DNA of 64,000 bases from Candidatus Pseudolachnospira avium (GTDB lineage: Bacteria; Bacillota; Clostridia; Lachnospirales; Lachnospiraceae), in contig CAJFTW010000054.1 of NCBI GenBank assembly GCA_904420025.1, positions 761 through 64,760 on the forward strand, written 5' to 3'. Under the pieces are notes generated by a model, which did not search any database, was not told the DNA's origin, and worked only from the letters and a program-made list of their open reading frames with translations. Each line of letters opens with the position of its first letter. Positions within the stretch are counted from its first letter, which is position 1. The translations under genes and the position numbers were made by a program. Shown one piece after another: positions 8,647 through 19,780 of the stretch.

Positions 8647-9620
8647 GCGAAGAAAAGAACATCACAGCCCCTGAGCCGCTGGTAAAGGCGGATGACCTGT
8701 GCAAATTCTTCCACCTCTCCCGGAAGGCGACTCTGAAAGCGGTCAACCATGTGAACTTTGAAATTCGCAAGGGTGAGACGGTGGGAATGGTGGGCGAGTC
8801 CGGCTGCGGCAAGTCCACCACCGGCCGGTGCCTGGTGAACCTGTACACGCCTACGGAAGGCCACGTGTATTATAAGGGGAAGGATATCCAGACCTACACC
8901 AAGAATGAGATGATGAAGTTCCGCTCGGAGGTGCAGATGATCTTCCAGAACCCCTACGCCTCCCTGAACCCCCGGATGACGGTGGGGGAGATTGTCACCG
9001 AGGGCATGAAGCTGCACAGCAAAATGTCCGATGCCGAATGCCAGGAAAAGGCGGAAGCCCTGCTGGCCCGGGTGGGCCTGAACAAGGAGCACATGAGCCG
9101 TTTCAGCCATGAGTTTTCCGGTGGCCAGCGGCAGCGGATCGGCATTGCCCGGGCTCTTTCGGTGGATCCGGAGTTCATTGTCTGTGACGAGCCCATCTCG
9201 GCCCTGGACGTATCTATCCAGGCCCAGGTCATCAACATGCTGAAGGAGTTGCAGGAGGAAATGGGGCTGACCTACCTCTTTATCGCCCATGACCTGAGCG
9301 TGGTCAAGTATATTTCCGACCGGGTGATCGTCATGTACCTGGGCACCATTGTGGAGGAGGCGCCGGCAGATGAGCTCTACGCCCATCCCACCCACCCTTA
9401 CACCCAGGCGCTGCTTTCGGCCATTCCGGTGGCAAATCCGCATATTGCCAAGGCCCAGAAGCGGATTACCATCAAGGGAGAGATCCCCAGCCCCATCAAT
9501 CCAGGGGAATGCTGCCAGTTTGCGGACCGCTGCCCCCACGCCACGGATCTCTGCCGGGCGGAGGTTCCGGTGCGGAAAGAGATTGAGCCGGGTCATTTTG
9601 TGTCCTGCCATTTACTGTGA
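8643..9620 (+). CDS. oppF: Oligopeptide ABC transporter ATP-binding protein
   Basis: GESGCGKST, FSGGQRQRIGIARAL, DEPISALDVSIQAQ, HPYT. Confidence 0.93.
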   Translation: MSEEKNITAPEPLVKADDLCKFFHLSRKATLKAVNHVNFEIRKGETVGMVGESGCGKSTTGRCLVNLYTPTEGHVYYKGKDIQTYTKNEMMKFRSEVQMIFQNPYASLNPRMTVGEIVTEGMKLHSKMSDAECQEKAEALLARVGLNKEHMSRFSHEFSGGQRQRIGIARALSVDPEFIVCDEPISALDVSIQAQVINMLKELQEEMGLTYLFIAHDLSVVKYISDRVIVMYLGTIVEEAPADELYAHPTHPYTQALLSAIPVANPHIAKAQKRITIKGEIPSPINPGECCQFADRCPHATDLCRAEVPVRKEIEPGHFVSCHLL

Positions 9621-9780
9621 AAGCCCAGTCGCAAAGCGTAGGCAGACCGGGCTGCTCGCAGACCGGACCGCTTACGCTTTAGCGACGCTAACCTGTATGA
9701 GCAAGAAGGCCGACAGGCCGGATTGCGAATACAGGTAGGATTGCGGGAGTGCGCAGCACGGAGCAATCCGAGGGCTTTCA
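9618..9780 (+). repeat. ~163-bp structured intergenic repeat, copy 1 (terminal inverted repeat TGAAAGCCC/GGGCTTTCA, three internal hairpins)
   Basis: Closely similar reverse-complement copies at 23404-23565 and 32299-32463; its first TGA is the oppF stop codon. Confidence 0.9.
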
Positions 9781-9800
9781 TGGTTAGTGCTTCGTTTTCC

Positions 9801-9838
9801 AGCCGGGAGATCCTTTCCAAAAGGATTTCCCGGCTTTT
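9801..9838 (+). terminator. Intrinsic terminator of the opp operon
   Basis: AGCCGGGAGATCCTTT...AAAGGATTTCCCGGCT followed by TTT. Confidence 0.65.
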
Positions 9839-9848
9839 CCTATATTAA

Positions 9849-9886
9849 GATGTTGGGGTCAAAAGGTATTTTGCCCCCTATGATAC
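9849..9886 (+). repeat. 38-bp REP-like hairpin, copy 1
   Basis: GATGTTGGGGTCAAAA-GGTA-TTTTGCCCCCTATGATAC; other copies at 25745-25782 (reverse) and 30591-30627. Confidence 0.8.
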
Positions 9887-10084
9887 AGATTGCTCCGCAC
9901 TACATGCTCCCGCAAGCTGTATCATATTAATAAGCAATAATAGAATCCGGATAAAAAATATAATTTGAATATAATGAAATATAAAAAAACTTTGTTCCCT
10001 TTTTCTGCAAAAGGTGTATGATAAAGAGTATGGCAGGTTTTTGCCATCTCGGAAGCATGGGCGGAAAGGATGGGCAGAGAGTCT

Positions 10085-10396
10085 ATGGAAAATATTGTCA
10101 ACAAGCTTTCGGAGATTGAGGCTATTGCGTCCCGGATCATGGATGCGGTGGAAGTGCGGAAGCAGGAGATTGCGGAACAGAAGGAAGCGGAGAAGAAGGC
10201 CTTTGACGCGCGCCTGGAGGATGAGACAAACCAGAAGCTGGAAAAAATCCGCCGGGAGCTGGAGGAAAAAAAATCCCTGGAGCTGGAGCGGCTGCAGGCG
10301 GACGTGGAGAAGACCGCCCGCCAGATGGAGCAAGGGTTTGAGAAGAGGCAGGAGCAGATCGCCCAGGAAATCTGCGAGCGGATATTGAGGATGTGA
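10085..10396 (+). CDS. A/V-type ATPase peripheral stalk subunit (G/H-like)
   Basis: Short charged coiled-coil protein, first gene of the operon. Confidence 0.7.
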   Translation: MENIVNKLSEIEAIASRIMDAVEVRKQEIAEQKEAEKKAFDARLEDETNQKLEKIRRELEEKKSLELERLQADVEKTARQMEQGFEKRQEQIAQEICERILRM

Positions 10397-10400
10397 GCGT

Positions 10401-11444
10401 ATGGGAAGTTTGTTAGCCTACAGCGGCCTGGCTACGAAGATCCGGGCCATGGAGAGCCGGCTGATGAAAGAAAAGCAGTACCGGGAAATTTCGGAACTGG
10501 CTTCCGTGCCCCAGGTGGTGGCTTACTTGAAGCAGCAGCCGGCATTCAGCAGGCTCTGGGCCGATGTCAATGAAAATGCCCTGCGCCGGAATGAAGTGGA
10601 ACAGCTGCTGCGGAGGACCATTTATCAGGATTTTGCCCGCATTTACCACTTCTCCAACCCGGAGCAGCGGAAATTCCTGGACCTCTACTTCAAGCGTTAT
10701 GAGATTGTGGCTATGAAGCAGTGTATGAGCAATATTTTTGACCATCGGGATGTGGAACTGGAGCTGTCCATGTTTGTGAAGTTTTTTGAGCGCCACTCCA
10801 AGCTGAACCTGGAGAAACTGACTTCTTCGTCCACTATGGAAGAGTTTGTGGACAACCTGAAGGGCAGCGAATACTATCCGGTTTTAAAACGCCTGAAAAA
10901 CAGTATGGCGGAGCCGCTGGTCTTTGATTATGGCATGGCCTTAGATCAGTATTACTTTACACAGATCTGGAAAGTAAAGGACAAGATCTTCCGAGGGCTG
11001 GACCGCCGGGAGATGACAGATATCTATGGGCGGAAGTTTGATATGCTGAATTTGAATTGGATTTACCGTTCCAAAAAGTATTATCGGATGGAGCCCAACC
11101 AGATTTATCCGTTGCTGATTCCCGTGCGTTATAAGCTGAGCCGGGAGGAGGTCCGCCGGATGGTAGAGGCAGAAAGCCCGGAAGAGATTCAAACGCTCAT
11201 GGATCAGTCCTATTACTCCCGGTTCCGGGAGCAGATGAATGCGGATAGCCTGGAAGAGGCCTACGTGTATATCCTGCGGGATATTTTGGAGCAGGTATCC
11301 CGGAGGCATCCCCATTCGGTGGCGTTGATGTACTCCTACCTCTACCATAAGGAGCATGAGGTGAACCGGCTTACCACGGCGGTGGAGTGTGTCCGCTATG
11401 GGATTGGGCCGGAGGAGACTATGCAGTATGTGATGAAGAACTAG
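10401..11444 (+). CDS. ntpC: A/V-type ATPase subunit C (V0 d/AC39 family)
   Basis: YSGLATKIRAMESRL N-terminus, YLYHKEHEVNRL C-terminus, operon position. Confidence 0.85.
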   Translation: MGSLLAYSGLATKIRAMESRLMKEKQYREISELASVPQVVAYLKQQPAFSRLWADVNENALRRNEVEQLLRRTIYQDFARIYHFSNPEQRKFLDLYFKRYEIVAMKQCMSNIFDHRDVELELSMFVKFFERHSKLNLEKLTSSSTMEEFVDNLKGSEYYPVLKRLKNSMAEPLVFDYGMALDQYYFTQIWKVKDKIFRGLDRREMTDIYGRKFDMLNLNWIYRSKKYYRMEPNQIYPLLIPVRYKLSREEVRRMVEAESPEEIQTLMDQSYYSRFREQMNADSLEEAYVYILRDILEQVSRRHPHSVALMYSYLYHKEHEVNRLTTAVECVRYGIGPEETMQYVMKN

Positions 11445-11455
11445 GAGGGACGGAC

Positions 11456-13429
11456 ATGATTGTAAAAATGAAATTTTTGAGCATCACGGGTCCCAAGGAT
11501 GATATTGACCGGGTAGTCAATCAGTACCTGTCCAAGTATGAGATCCATCTGGAGAATGCCCTGGCCCAGTTGTCCCAGTCTGGCCATGTGACGCCGTATA
11601 TACAGGCCAACCCTTACCGGGACGTTCTGAACAAAGCGGACCAGTATATGGAGGCGCTGGGAACGGCGGAGACGGCGGCAGATCCGGAACCCATGGAGGT
11701 GGAGGCGGCGCTCAAGACGGTCGAGCGGCTGGAAAAGGCCCTGCAGGAGAGTGAGGAAAAGCGCGAGAGCCTGGAAAAAGAAAAGGCCAAGCAGGAGAAG
11801 ATCCTTCAAAGCCTGACTCCTTTCCGGGGGTTGCCGGAAAGCATGAGGGTTATTTTGAACTACCACTTCCTCCACTGCCGTTTTGGACGCATAGGCCGGG
11901 AGTACTTCAGCAATTTTGAGCAGTATGTCTATGACAGTATGGACACAGTATTCTACAAAAGCTATGTGGACGAAAGCTATGTGTGGGGTATCTATTTTGC
12001 ACCGCGGACCTTGATCCACAAGGTAGATGCGGTACTTTCCTCCATGCATTTTGAGCGCCTGTTCATCTCGGAGGAGTTTGACCAGTACAAGGGCACCATT
12101 GAAGATGCTTGCCGGGAAAAGGAAACCCGGCTGCGGGAATTGGAACAGCAGATTCAGGAGTGCCGGAACGCCTCTATGAGTATCCTGCACAGGGAGGCGG
12201 CGCACCTGGCCTCCGCCCGTGAATGCCTCAATGCCCTGACCATCAATTTTGATGTCCGGAAGGTGGCAGCCTGTGTCCAGGAGGAGAGGGACACGTTTTA
12301 CGTACTGTGCGGCTGGATGGCGGAGAAGGACGCAGCCCGGTTCCAGAAAGAGGTGGAGAATGACCCGGATCTGTTCTGTGTGGTGGAGGATGACAAAAAC
12401 CCTGTCCAATGCCAGCCTCCCACGAAGCTGAAAAACCCCCGTATCTTCCGGCCTTTTGAGATGTTTGTGCGGATGTACGGCCTGCCGGACTACCGGGAGC
12501 TGGATCCCACGGCATTTTTGGCCATCACCTATACGTTTATCTTTGGCGCTATGTTCGGGGATGTGGGGCAGGGGCTGTGCCTGGCGGTAGGAGGCTTCCT
12601 GCTGTACCATTTCAAGAAGATGGACCTGGCGGCCATCATTGGAACCGCGGGAATCTTTTCCACCATCTTTGGGTTCCTGTTCGGCAGCGTCTTTGGGTTT
12701 GAGAACATCCTGGAGCCCCTGTGGCTGCGGCCCATGGAGGCTATGATGAACGTGCCGCTGATCGGCCAGCTGAACACGGTGTTTGTGGTGGCCATCGGTT
12801 TTGGCATGTGCCTGATTCTCCTGGCCATTGTGTTTCACATCATCAATGGGGTCAAGGCCCGGGAACCCATGAATATTTGGTTTGATACCAATGCGGTGGC
12901 CGGATTGGTGTTTTACGGATCCCTGGTGGCGGTGATTGTGCTGATGATGACCGGGCATCCGCTGCCGGGAGCGGCAGTGCTGGCGGTGATGTTTGGTTTG
13001 CCGCTGCTGCTGATCTTCCTGAAGGAGCCGCTGACGGCCCTGGTGGAGAAGAAGAAGGAAAAAATGGAGAGCGGCCCGGTAATGTTTGTGGTCCAGGGCT
13101 TCTTTGAACTGTTTGAGGTATTGCTGAGCTATTTCTCCAACACCCTGTCCTTTGTCCGGATTGGCGCCTTTGCGGTGAGCCACGCGGCCATGATGAGCGT
13201 GGTGCTGACCCTTGCCGGGGCGGAGAACGGAGGCTCCCCCAACTGGGTTGTGGTGGTGATGGGGAACCTTCTGGTCTGTGTGCTGGAGGGGCTGATTGTG
13301 GGCATCCAGGTTCTCCGTCTGGAATATTATGAGATGTTCAGCCGCTTTTACAAGGGCAGCGGAAAAGAATTTGTTCCCTTCCTGTATCGGAGCAAGACGC
13401 AGAAATCCGGCGGGAATGCGAAACAGTAG
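11456..13429 (+). CDS. ntpI: A/V-type ATPase subunit I (a)
   Basis: PPTKLKN, ELDPT, FGAMFGDVGQG, SNTLSFVRIGAF, LRLEYYEMFSRFY; SD AGGAGG before ATG 11456. Confidence 0.93.
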   Translation: MIVKMKFLSITGPKDDIDRVVNQYLSKYEIHLENALAQLSQSGHVTPYIQANPYRDVLNKADQYMEALGTAETAADPEPMEVEAALKTVERLEKALQESEEKRESLEKEKAKQEKILQSLTPFRGLPESMRVILNYHFLHCRFGRIGREYFSNFEQYVYDSMDTVFYKSYVDESYVWGIYFAPRTLIHKVDAVLSSMHFERLFISEEFDQYKGTIEDACREKETRLRELEQQIQECRNASMSILHREAAHLASARECLNALTINFDVRKVAACVQEERDTFYVLCGWMAEKDAARFQKEVENDPDLFCVVEDDKNPVQCQPPTKLKNPRIFRPFEMFVRMYGLPDYRELDPTAFLAITYTFIFGAMFGDVGQGLCLAVGGFLLYHFKKMDLAAIIGTAGIFSTIFGFLFGSVFGFENILEPLWLRPMEAMMNVPLIGQLNTVFVVAIGFGMCLILLAIVFHIINGVKAREPMNIWFDTNAVAGLVFYGSLVAVIVLMMTGHPLPGAAVLAVMFGLPLLLIFLKEPLTALVEKKKEKMESGPVMFVVQGFFELFEVLLSYFSNTLSFVRIGAFAVSHAAMMSVVLTLAGAENGGSPNWVVVVMGNLLVCVLEGLIVGIQVLRLEYYEMFSRFYKGSGKEFVPFLYRSKTQKSGGNAKQ

Positions 13430-13480
13430 AGATAGAAAAAAGCAGATTCAACAAAAAAGGAAAAAACAGGAGGTTTCGTC

Positions 13481-13924
13481 ATGACAACACTGGCAATGGT
13501 GACACTGGCAATCGCACTGGTTTTGAGTATTTTGATCCCCTTTGGCGTATTTCTGGGCGGAAAGCGCACCAGAGGCCGCTATAAGGTATCGCTGGGAGTC
13601 AATGTGTTTCTGTTCTTTGGCACGCTGCTGATAGCAGCCCTGGTTATGTTCGGCGGCAGCGATACGGCTATGGCTGAGGAGGCGGCAGAGGCGGCTTCCT
13701 CTGCGGGCCTGGCCACCGGCATGGGATATCTGGCGGCGGCTTTGGTTACCGGCCTCTCCTGTATCGGAGGTGGTATTGCTGTGGCCAGCGCAGCCAGCGC
13801 GGCTTTGGGTGCTATCAGCGAGGATCAGTCGATCCTGGGTAAATCCCTGATCTTTGTGGGCCTGGCCGAAGGCGTGGCCCTGTACGGCCTGATCATCTCC
13901 TTCATGATCCTGGGACAGCTGTAA
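13481..13924 (+). CDS. ntpK: A/V-type ATPase proteolipid subunit K (c)
   Basis: Hairpin with carboxylate in GLAEGVALYG; extra hydrophobic N-terminal region. Confidence 0.9.
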   Translation: MTTLAMVTLAIALVLSILIPFGVFLGGKRTRGRYKVSLGVNVFLFFGTLLIAALVMFGGSDTAMAEEAAEAASSAGLATGMGYLAAALVTGLSCIGGGIAVASAASAALGAISEDQSILGKSLIFVGLAEGVALYGLIISFMILGQL

Positions 13925-13941
13925 GAAGGAAGGGCGGACGG

Positions 13942-14250
13942 ATGAAGATGTTTTTGATCACGGACAACGGGGACACGCTGACGGGCATGCGGCTGGCCGG
14001 CGTGGAGGGCGTGGTGGTCCGGTCCCGGGAGGAGCTGCGGACGGCCCTGGAGACGGCCCTGGCAGACAAGGAGCTGGGGATCCTTCTCCTGATGGAGCGG
14101 TTTGGCCGGGAATTCCCGGAGCTGATTGACGATGTGAAGCTGCATCACCGCCTGCCCCTGATTGTGGAAATACCGGATCGCCATGGAACTGGCCGGGCCC
14201 CGGATTTTATCACTTCTTATGTCAACGAGGCCATTGGGCTTAAGCTCTGA
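13942..14250 (+). CDS. A/V-type ATPase subunit F
   Basis: DTLTGMRLAGVEG, PLIVEIP, AIGLKL. Confidence 0.9.
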   Translation: MKMFLITDNGDTLTGMRLAGVEGVVVRSREELRTALETALADKELGILLLMERFGREFPELIDDVKLHHRLPLIVEIPDRHGTGRAPDFITSYVNEAIGLKL

Positions 14251-14264
14251 AAACAGCGGACAGA

Positions 14265-14312
14265 AATACCCTCCGGGTATACCTTTATGCCGTGAGAAGC
14301 CCGGCAGGTATA
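14265..14312 (+). repeat. 49-nt two-hairpin leader unit, single divergent copy before subunit E
   Basis: ATACCC-TCC-GGGTAT...ATGCCGTG-AGAAG-CCCGGCAG then a purine-rich SD; alignable with units at 32709-32806 and 57315-57461. Confidence 0.7.
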
Positions 14313-14322
14313 AGGAAAGGAC

Positions 14323-14911
14323 GTGATTGGTTTGACGACTGAGGAAAAACTGCAGCATTTTTATGAGGTCTCGGTGGAGAATGCCAAAGAAGAGGCCGAG
14401 CAGGCGGTGCGGGAATATGAGCAGGTGCTGGAGGCTTCCCTGGAGGAACATCGCCAGGCGAAAAAGAGGCAAATGGAGATGGAACTGCAGGCGGAGACGG
14501 AGAATGCAAAAAGGCAGATGAATAAAGCACTGTCCGCGGAGCAGCTGCGGATCAAGCGGCGTCTGTCCCGGACCCAGGACCATCTGAAGGAAAAGCTGTT
14601 TGTACGGGTGGCGGAGAAACTGGAGGAGTTCCGGAAAACACCGGAGTATGTTGCCTATCTGGAGTCCTGGATTCAGAAAGCCCGGAAATTTGCCGGCCGG
14701 TATCCCATAAGCCTCTCTGTGGGCGCCGGGGACGCGGCCCTGGCCGAGCAGCTGAGCAAGGCGGCGGGACGGCCGGTGGATGTGGAGCCGGAGGACTTTG
14801 GCGGCGGCCTGCGGGCGGTGATCCCCTCCAAAAATATCTTGATGGATGGCTCGTTCAACTCCCTGATCCAGGGGGAGCGGGATACCTTTGCGTTTGACGG
14901 GAGGATGCTTC

Positions 14912-14919
<8 letters not shown>
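14323..14919 (+). CDS. ntpE: A/V-type ATPase subunit E
   Basis: Coiled-coil N-terminus, DFGGGL...ILMDGSF C-terminus; GTG (or TTG 14332) start. Confidence 0.8.
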
Positions 14920-16678
<1,759 letters not shown>

Positions 16679-16690
16679 GAGGGAAGAAAT

Positions 16691-18121
16691 ATGCCCATTG
16701 AATATTTGGGACTCAGTGAAATCAACGGGCCTTTGGTGGTTCTGGAGGATGTGAAGGACGCGTCTTACGATGAGATTGTGGAATTCCGCATGGATGGGGG
16801 CAGGCGCAAGCTGGGCCGGATTATTGAGGTCTATGAGGATAAGGCGGTAATCCAGGTGTTTGAGGGAACGGAGAACATGTCCCTGCAGAACACCCATACC
16901 CGGCTCACCGGGCGGCCCATGGAAGTGGATCTGTCCTCAGAGATCCTGGGGCGGACCTTCAACGGCATTGGCCAGGTGATTGACGGCCTGGGGCCCATTG
17001 TCCCGGAGGCGCGGCTGGATGTCAACGGCCTGCCCTTGAACCCGGTGACCCGGGAGTATCCCCGGAACTATATCCGCACCGGCATTTCCGCCATTGACGG
17101 CCTGACCACCCTGATCCGGGGCCAGAAGCTGCCCATTTTTTCCGGGGACGGCCTGCCCCATGACCAGCTGGCTGCCCAGATTGTCCAGCAGGCATCCCTG
17201 GGTGGGGACAGTGATGAAAAATTTGCCATTGTGTTTGCGGCTATGGGCGTCAAGTACGATGTAGCCGAGTTTTTCCGCCGGACCTTTGAGGAGAGCGGCG
17301 TCTCCGACCATGTGGTCATGTACCTGAACCTGGCCAACGACCCGGTGGTGGAGCGGCTGATCACCCCCAAGGTTGCCCTGACCGCCGCCGAGTACCTTGC
17401 CTTTGAGAAGGGAATGCATATACTGGTGATTCTCACGGATATCACCTCCTTTGCCGAGGCCATGCGGGAGGTTTCTTCCTCTAAGGGTGAGATACCTTCC
17501 CGGAAGGGTTACCCCGGCTACCTGTACAGTGAGCTTGCCACCCTTTATGAGCGGGCTGGTATTGTCCGGGGGGTGGACGGGTCTGTGACCCAGCTGCCCA
17601 TTCTGACTATGCCAGGGGACGACATTACCCATCCCATTCCGGATCTGACCGGCTATATTACCGAGGGGCAGATTGTGCTGGACCGGTCCCTCCATGGGCA
17701 GGCCATTTATCCGCCCATCAATGTGCTGCCCTCCCTGTCCCGACTGATGAAGGATGGGATTGGCGCCGGCTACACCCGGGAGGACCATCAGGATGTGGCC
17801 AACCAGCTGTTCTCCTGCTACGCCAAGGTGGGGGACGCCCGGGCCCTGGCTTCGGTTATCGGCGAGGATGAGCTTTCCCCCCTGGACAAGACGTATCTGG
17901 AGTTTGGCAACGCCTTTGAGCACCGGTTTGTGGGCCAGGGGCCTACAGAGAACCGGACCATAGAGGAAACCCTGGATCTGGGCTGGGAGCTGCTGCGTAT
18001 GCTGCCCCGGGAGGAGCTGGACCGGATTGACACCAAGATCCTGGACAAATACTATGCGCGGGAGGCGGCGGACGGCGCAGATACCGGTGCGCCGGAACCG
18101 GCGGCCACCGGCTCTGAGTAA
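16691..18121 (+). CDS. ntpB: A/V-type ATPase subunit B
   Basis: [49 protein letters not shown]. Confidence 0.97.
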   Translation: MPIEYLGLSEINGPLVVLEDVKDASYDEIVEFRMDGGRRKLGRIIEVYEDKAVIQVFEGTENMSLQNTHTRLTGRPMEVDLSSEILGRTFNGIGQVIDGLGPIVPEARLDVNGLPLNPVTREYPRNYIRTGISAIDGLTTLIRGQKLPIFSGDGLPHDQLAAQIVQQASLGGDSDEKFAIVFAAMGVKYDVAEFFRRTFEESGVSDHVVMYLNLANDPVVERLITPKVALTAAEYLAFEKGMHILVILTDITSFAEAMREVSSSKGEIPSRKGYPGYLYSELATLYERAGIVRGVDGSVTQLPILTMPGDDITHPIPDLTGYITEGQIVLDRSLHGQAIYPPINVLPSLSRLMKDGIGAGYTREDHQDVANQLFSCYAKVGDARALASVIGEDELSPLDKTYLEFGNAFEHRFVGQGPTENRTIEETLDLGWELLRMLPREELDRIDTKILDKYYAREAADGADTGAPEPAATGSE

Positions 18122-18132
18122 GGGGGGAGCGT

Positions 18133-18753
18133 ATGGATCCAAATACTTTTCCCACCAAAGGGAACCTGATCCTGGCCAAGAATTCCCTGGCCCTTTCCCG
18201 CCAGGGATATGAGCTGATGGACAAAAAGAGGAATATCCTGATCCGGGAGCTGATGGAGCTGATTGACCAGGCTAAGGACATTCAGTCCCAGATTGATGTG
18301 ACCTTCCGCACCGCCTATGAGGCGCTGCAGAAGGCCAACATGGTTCTGGGCATCAACTTTATCCAGCAGATTTCCTTCACTGTGCCGGTGGAGGATTCCA
18401 TCCGTGTAAAAACCCGCAGTGTCATGGGCACGGAGATTCCGCTGGTGGAGGCCAGCCCCACCACCAACCGGCCCACCTACGCCTACTACAGTACCAAAGC
18501 GGTGCTGGACGAGGCCAAGGAGGACTTTGAGAAGGTGAAGGAGCTGACCATCCGCCTGTCCATGATTGAGAATGCTGCCTACCGGCTGGCGGTGAGCATT
18601 AAAAAAACCCAAAAGCGGGCCAACGCCCTGAAGAATATCACCATCCCCAAGTATGAACAGCTGACCAAGGATATTTCCAACGCCCTGGAGGAGCGGGAAC
18701 GGGAGGAGTTTACCCGTCTGAAGGTGATCAAGAGAATGAAATCCACCGGATGA
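18133..18753 (+). CDS. ntpD: A/V-type ATPase subunit D
   Basis: PTKGNL, GYELMDKKRNIL, KTQKRANAL, EEREREEFTRLK. Confidence 0.95.
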   Translation: MDPNTFPTKGNLILAKNSLALSRQGYELMDKKRNILIRELMELIDQAKDIQSQIDVTFRTAYEALQKANMVLGINFIQQISFTVPVEDSIRVKTRSVMGTEIPLVEASPTTNRPTYAYYSTKAVLDEAKEDFEKVKELTIRLSMIENAAYRLAVSIKKTQKRANALKNITIPKYEQLTKDISNALEEREREEFTRLKVIKRMKSTG

Positions 18754-18792
18754 CCTGCGCCTTTGGCATCGGAAGGCCCGCCGGTGGATTTC

Positions 18793-18824
18793 TTGACGTT
18801 TTTTTGACGGAACCGGCCTATAAT
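18793..18824 (+). promoter_or_regulatory. Promoter of the formiminotransferase operon with TTGACG-N5-TTGACG direct repeat (putative SARP-type activator site)
   Basis: TTGACG at 18793 and 18804 (11-bp period), then 9 nt, then TATAAT at 18819. Confidence 0.6.
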
Positions 18825-18872
18825 GGGGGTATCCTGGGGCGGCAGGCCCTGAAAAAGGCAGGAGGGACCGAT

Positions 18873-19766
18873 ATGGACCGGATTATGGAGTGTGTGCCCA
18901 ATTTTAGTGAGGGCAGGGATCTGGACAAGGTGGAAAAGATTGTGGACTGCTTCCGAGGGAAGGAAGGCGTTAAGCTGCTGGACTATACCTCGGACAAGGA
19001 TCACAACCGCAGCGTGGTGACGGTGATCGGCGAGCCAGAGCCCCTGCGGGACGCCATGGTGGAGGCTATTGGACGGGCGGTGGAGCTGATTGACATGACC
19101 AAGCACCAGGGGCAGCATCCCCGGATGGGCTGTGTGGACGTGATCCCCTTCATCCCCATCCGCAACGTGACCCTGGAGGATGCGGACCGGATTGCCAGGG
19201 AGACAGCCCAGACGGCGGCGGAGCGGTTTGGCCAGCCCTTCTTCCTGTATGAGAAGTCGGCCACGGCGCCCCACCGGGAAAACCTGGCCAACGTGCGCAA
19301 GGGGCAGTTTGAGGGCATGGCGGAGAAGATGAAGGACCAGGTCCTGTGGAAGCCGGATTTCGGGCCGGAGACTATCCACCCCACCGGCGGCGTCACGGCC
19401 ATTGGCGCCCGGATGCCGCTGATCGCCTACAACATCAACCTGGACACCTCCAACCTGGAGATTGCCAAAAAGATTGCGGACAAGATCCGCCACGTGAAGG
19501 GCGGCTTCCGGTACTGCAAGGCCATGGGCGTGATGCTGGAGGACCGGAACATTGCCCAGGTTTCCATGAACCTGACGGATTTCACCCACACCTCCGTGTA
19601 CACGGTGTTTGAGACGGTGCGGATGGAGGCCAGGCGCTACGGCGTCAACGTGCTGGGCAGTGAGATTGTGGGCCTGGTGCCGCTGGCGGCGCTGGTGGAC
19701 TGCGCCGAATACTATCTGGGGCTGGAAAACTTTGACGCAAAGCAAGTGCTGGAGACCCGGCTGTAG
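18873..19766 (+). CDS. ftcD: Glutamate formiminotransferase
   Basis: ECVPNFSEGR, DKDHNRSVVT, HQGQHPRMG, GARMPLIAYN, QVSMNL; SD GGAGG before ATG 18873. Confidence 0.95.
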   Translation: MDRIMECVPNFSEGRDLDKVEKIVDCFRGKEGVKLLDYTSDKDHNRSVVTVIGEPEPLRDAMVEAIGRAVELIDMTKHQGQHPRMGCVDVIPFIPIRNVTLEDADRIARETAQTAAERFGQPFFLYEKSATAPHRENLANVRKGQFEGMAEKMKDQVLWKPDFGPETIHPTGGVTAIGARMPLIAYNINLDTSNLEIAKKIADKIRHVKGGFRYCKAMGVMLEDRNIAQVSMNLTDFTHTSVYTVFETVRMEARRYGVNVLGSEIVGLVPLAALVDCAEYYLGLENFDAKQVLETRL

Positions 19767-19780
19767 GGCAGGAGGATGCG

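Noticed and set aside
9618-9780. tRNA or tmRNA interpretation of the cloverleaf-like repeat
   Set aside because: About twice tRNA length, no TTC T-loop or CCA end, and found in both orientations relative to neighbouring genes.
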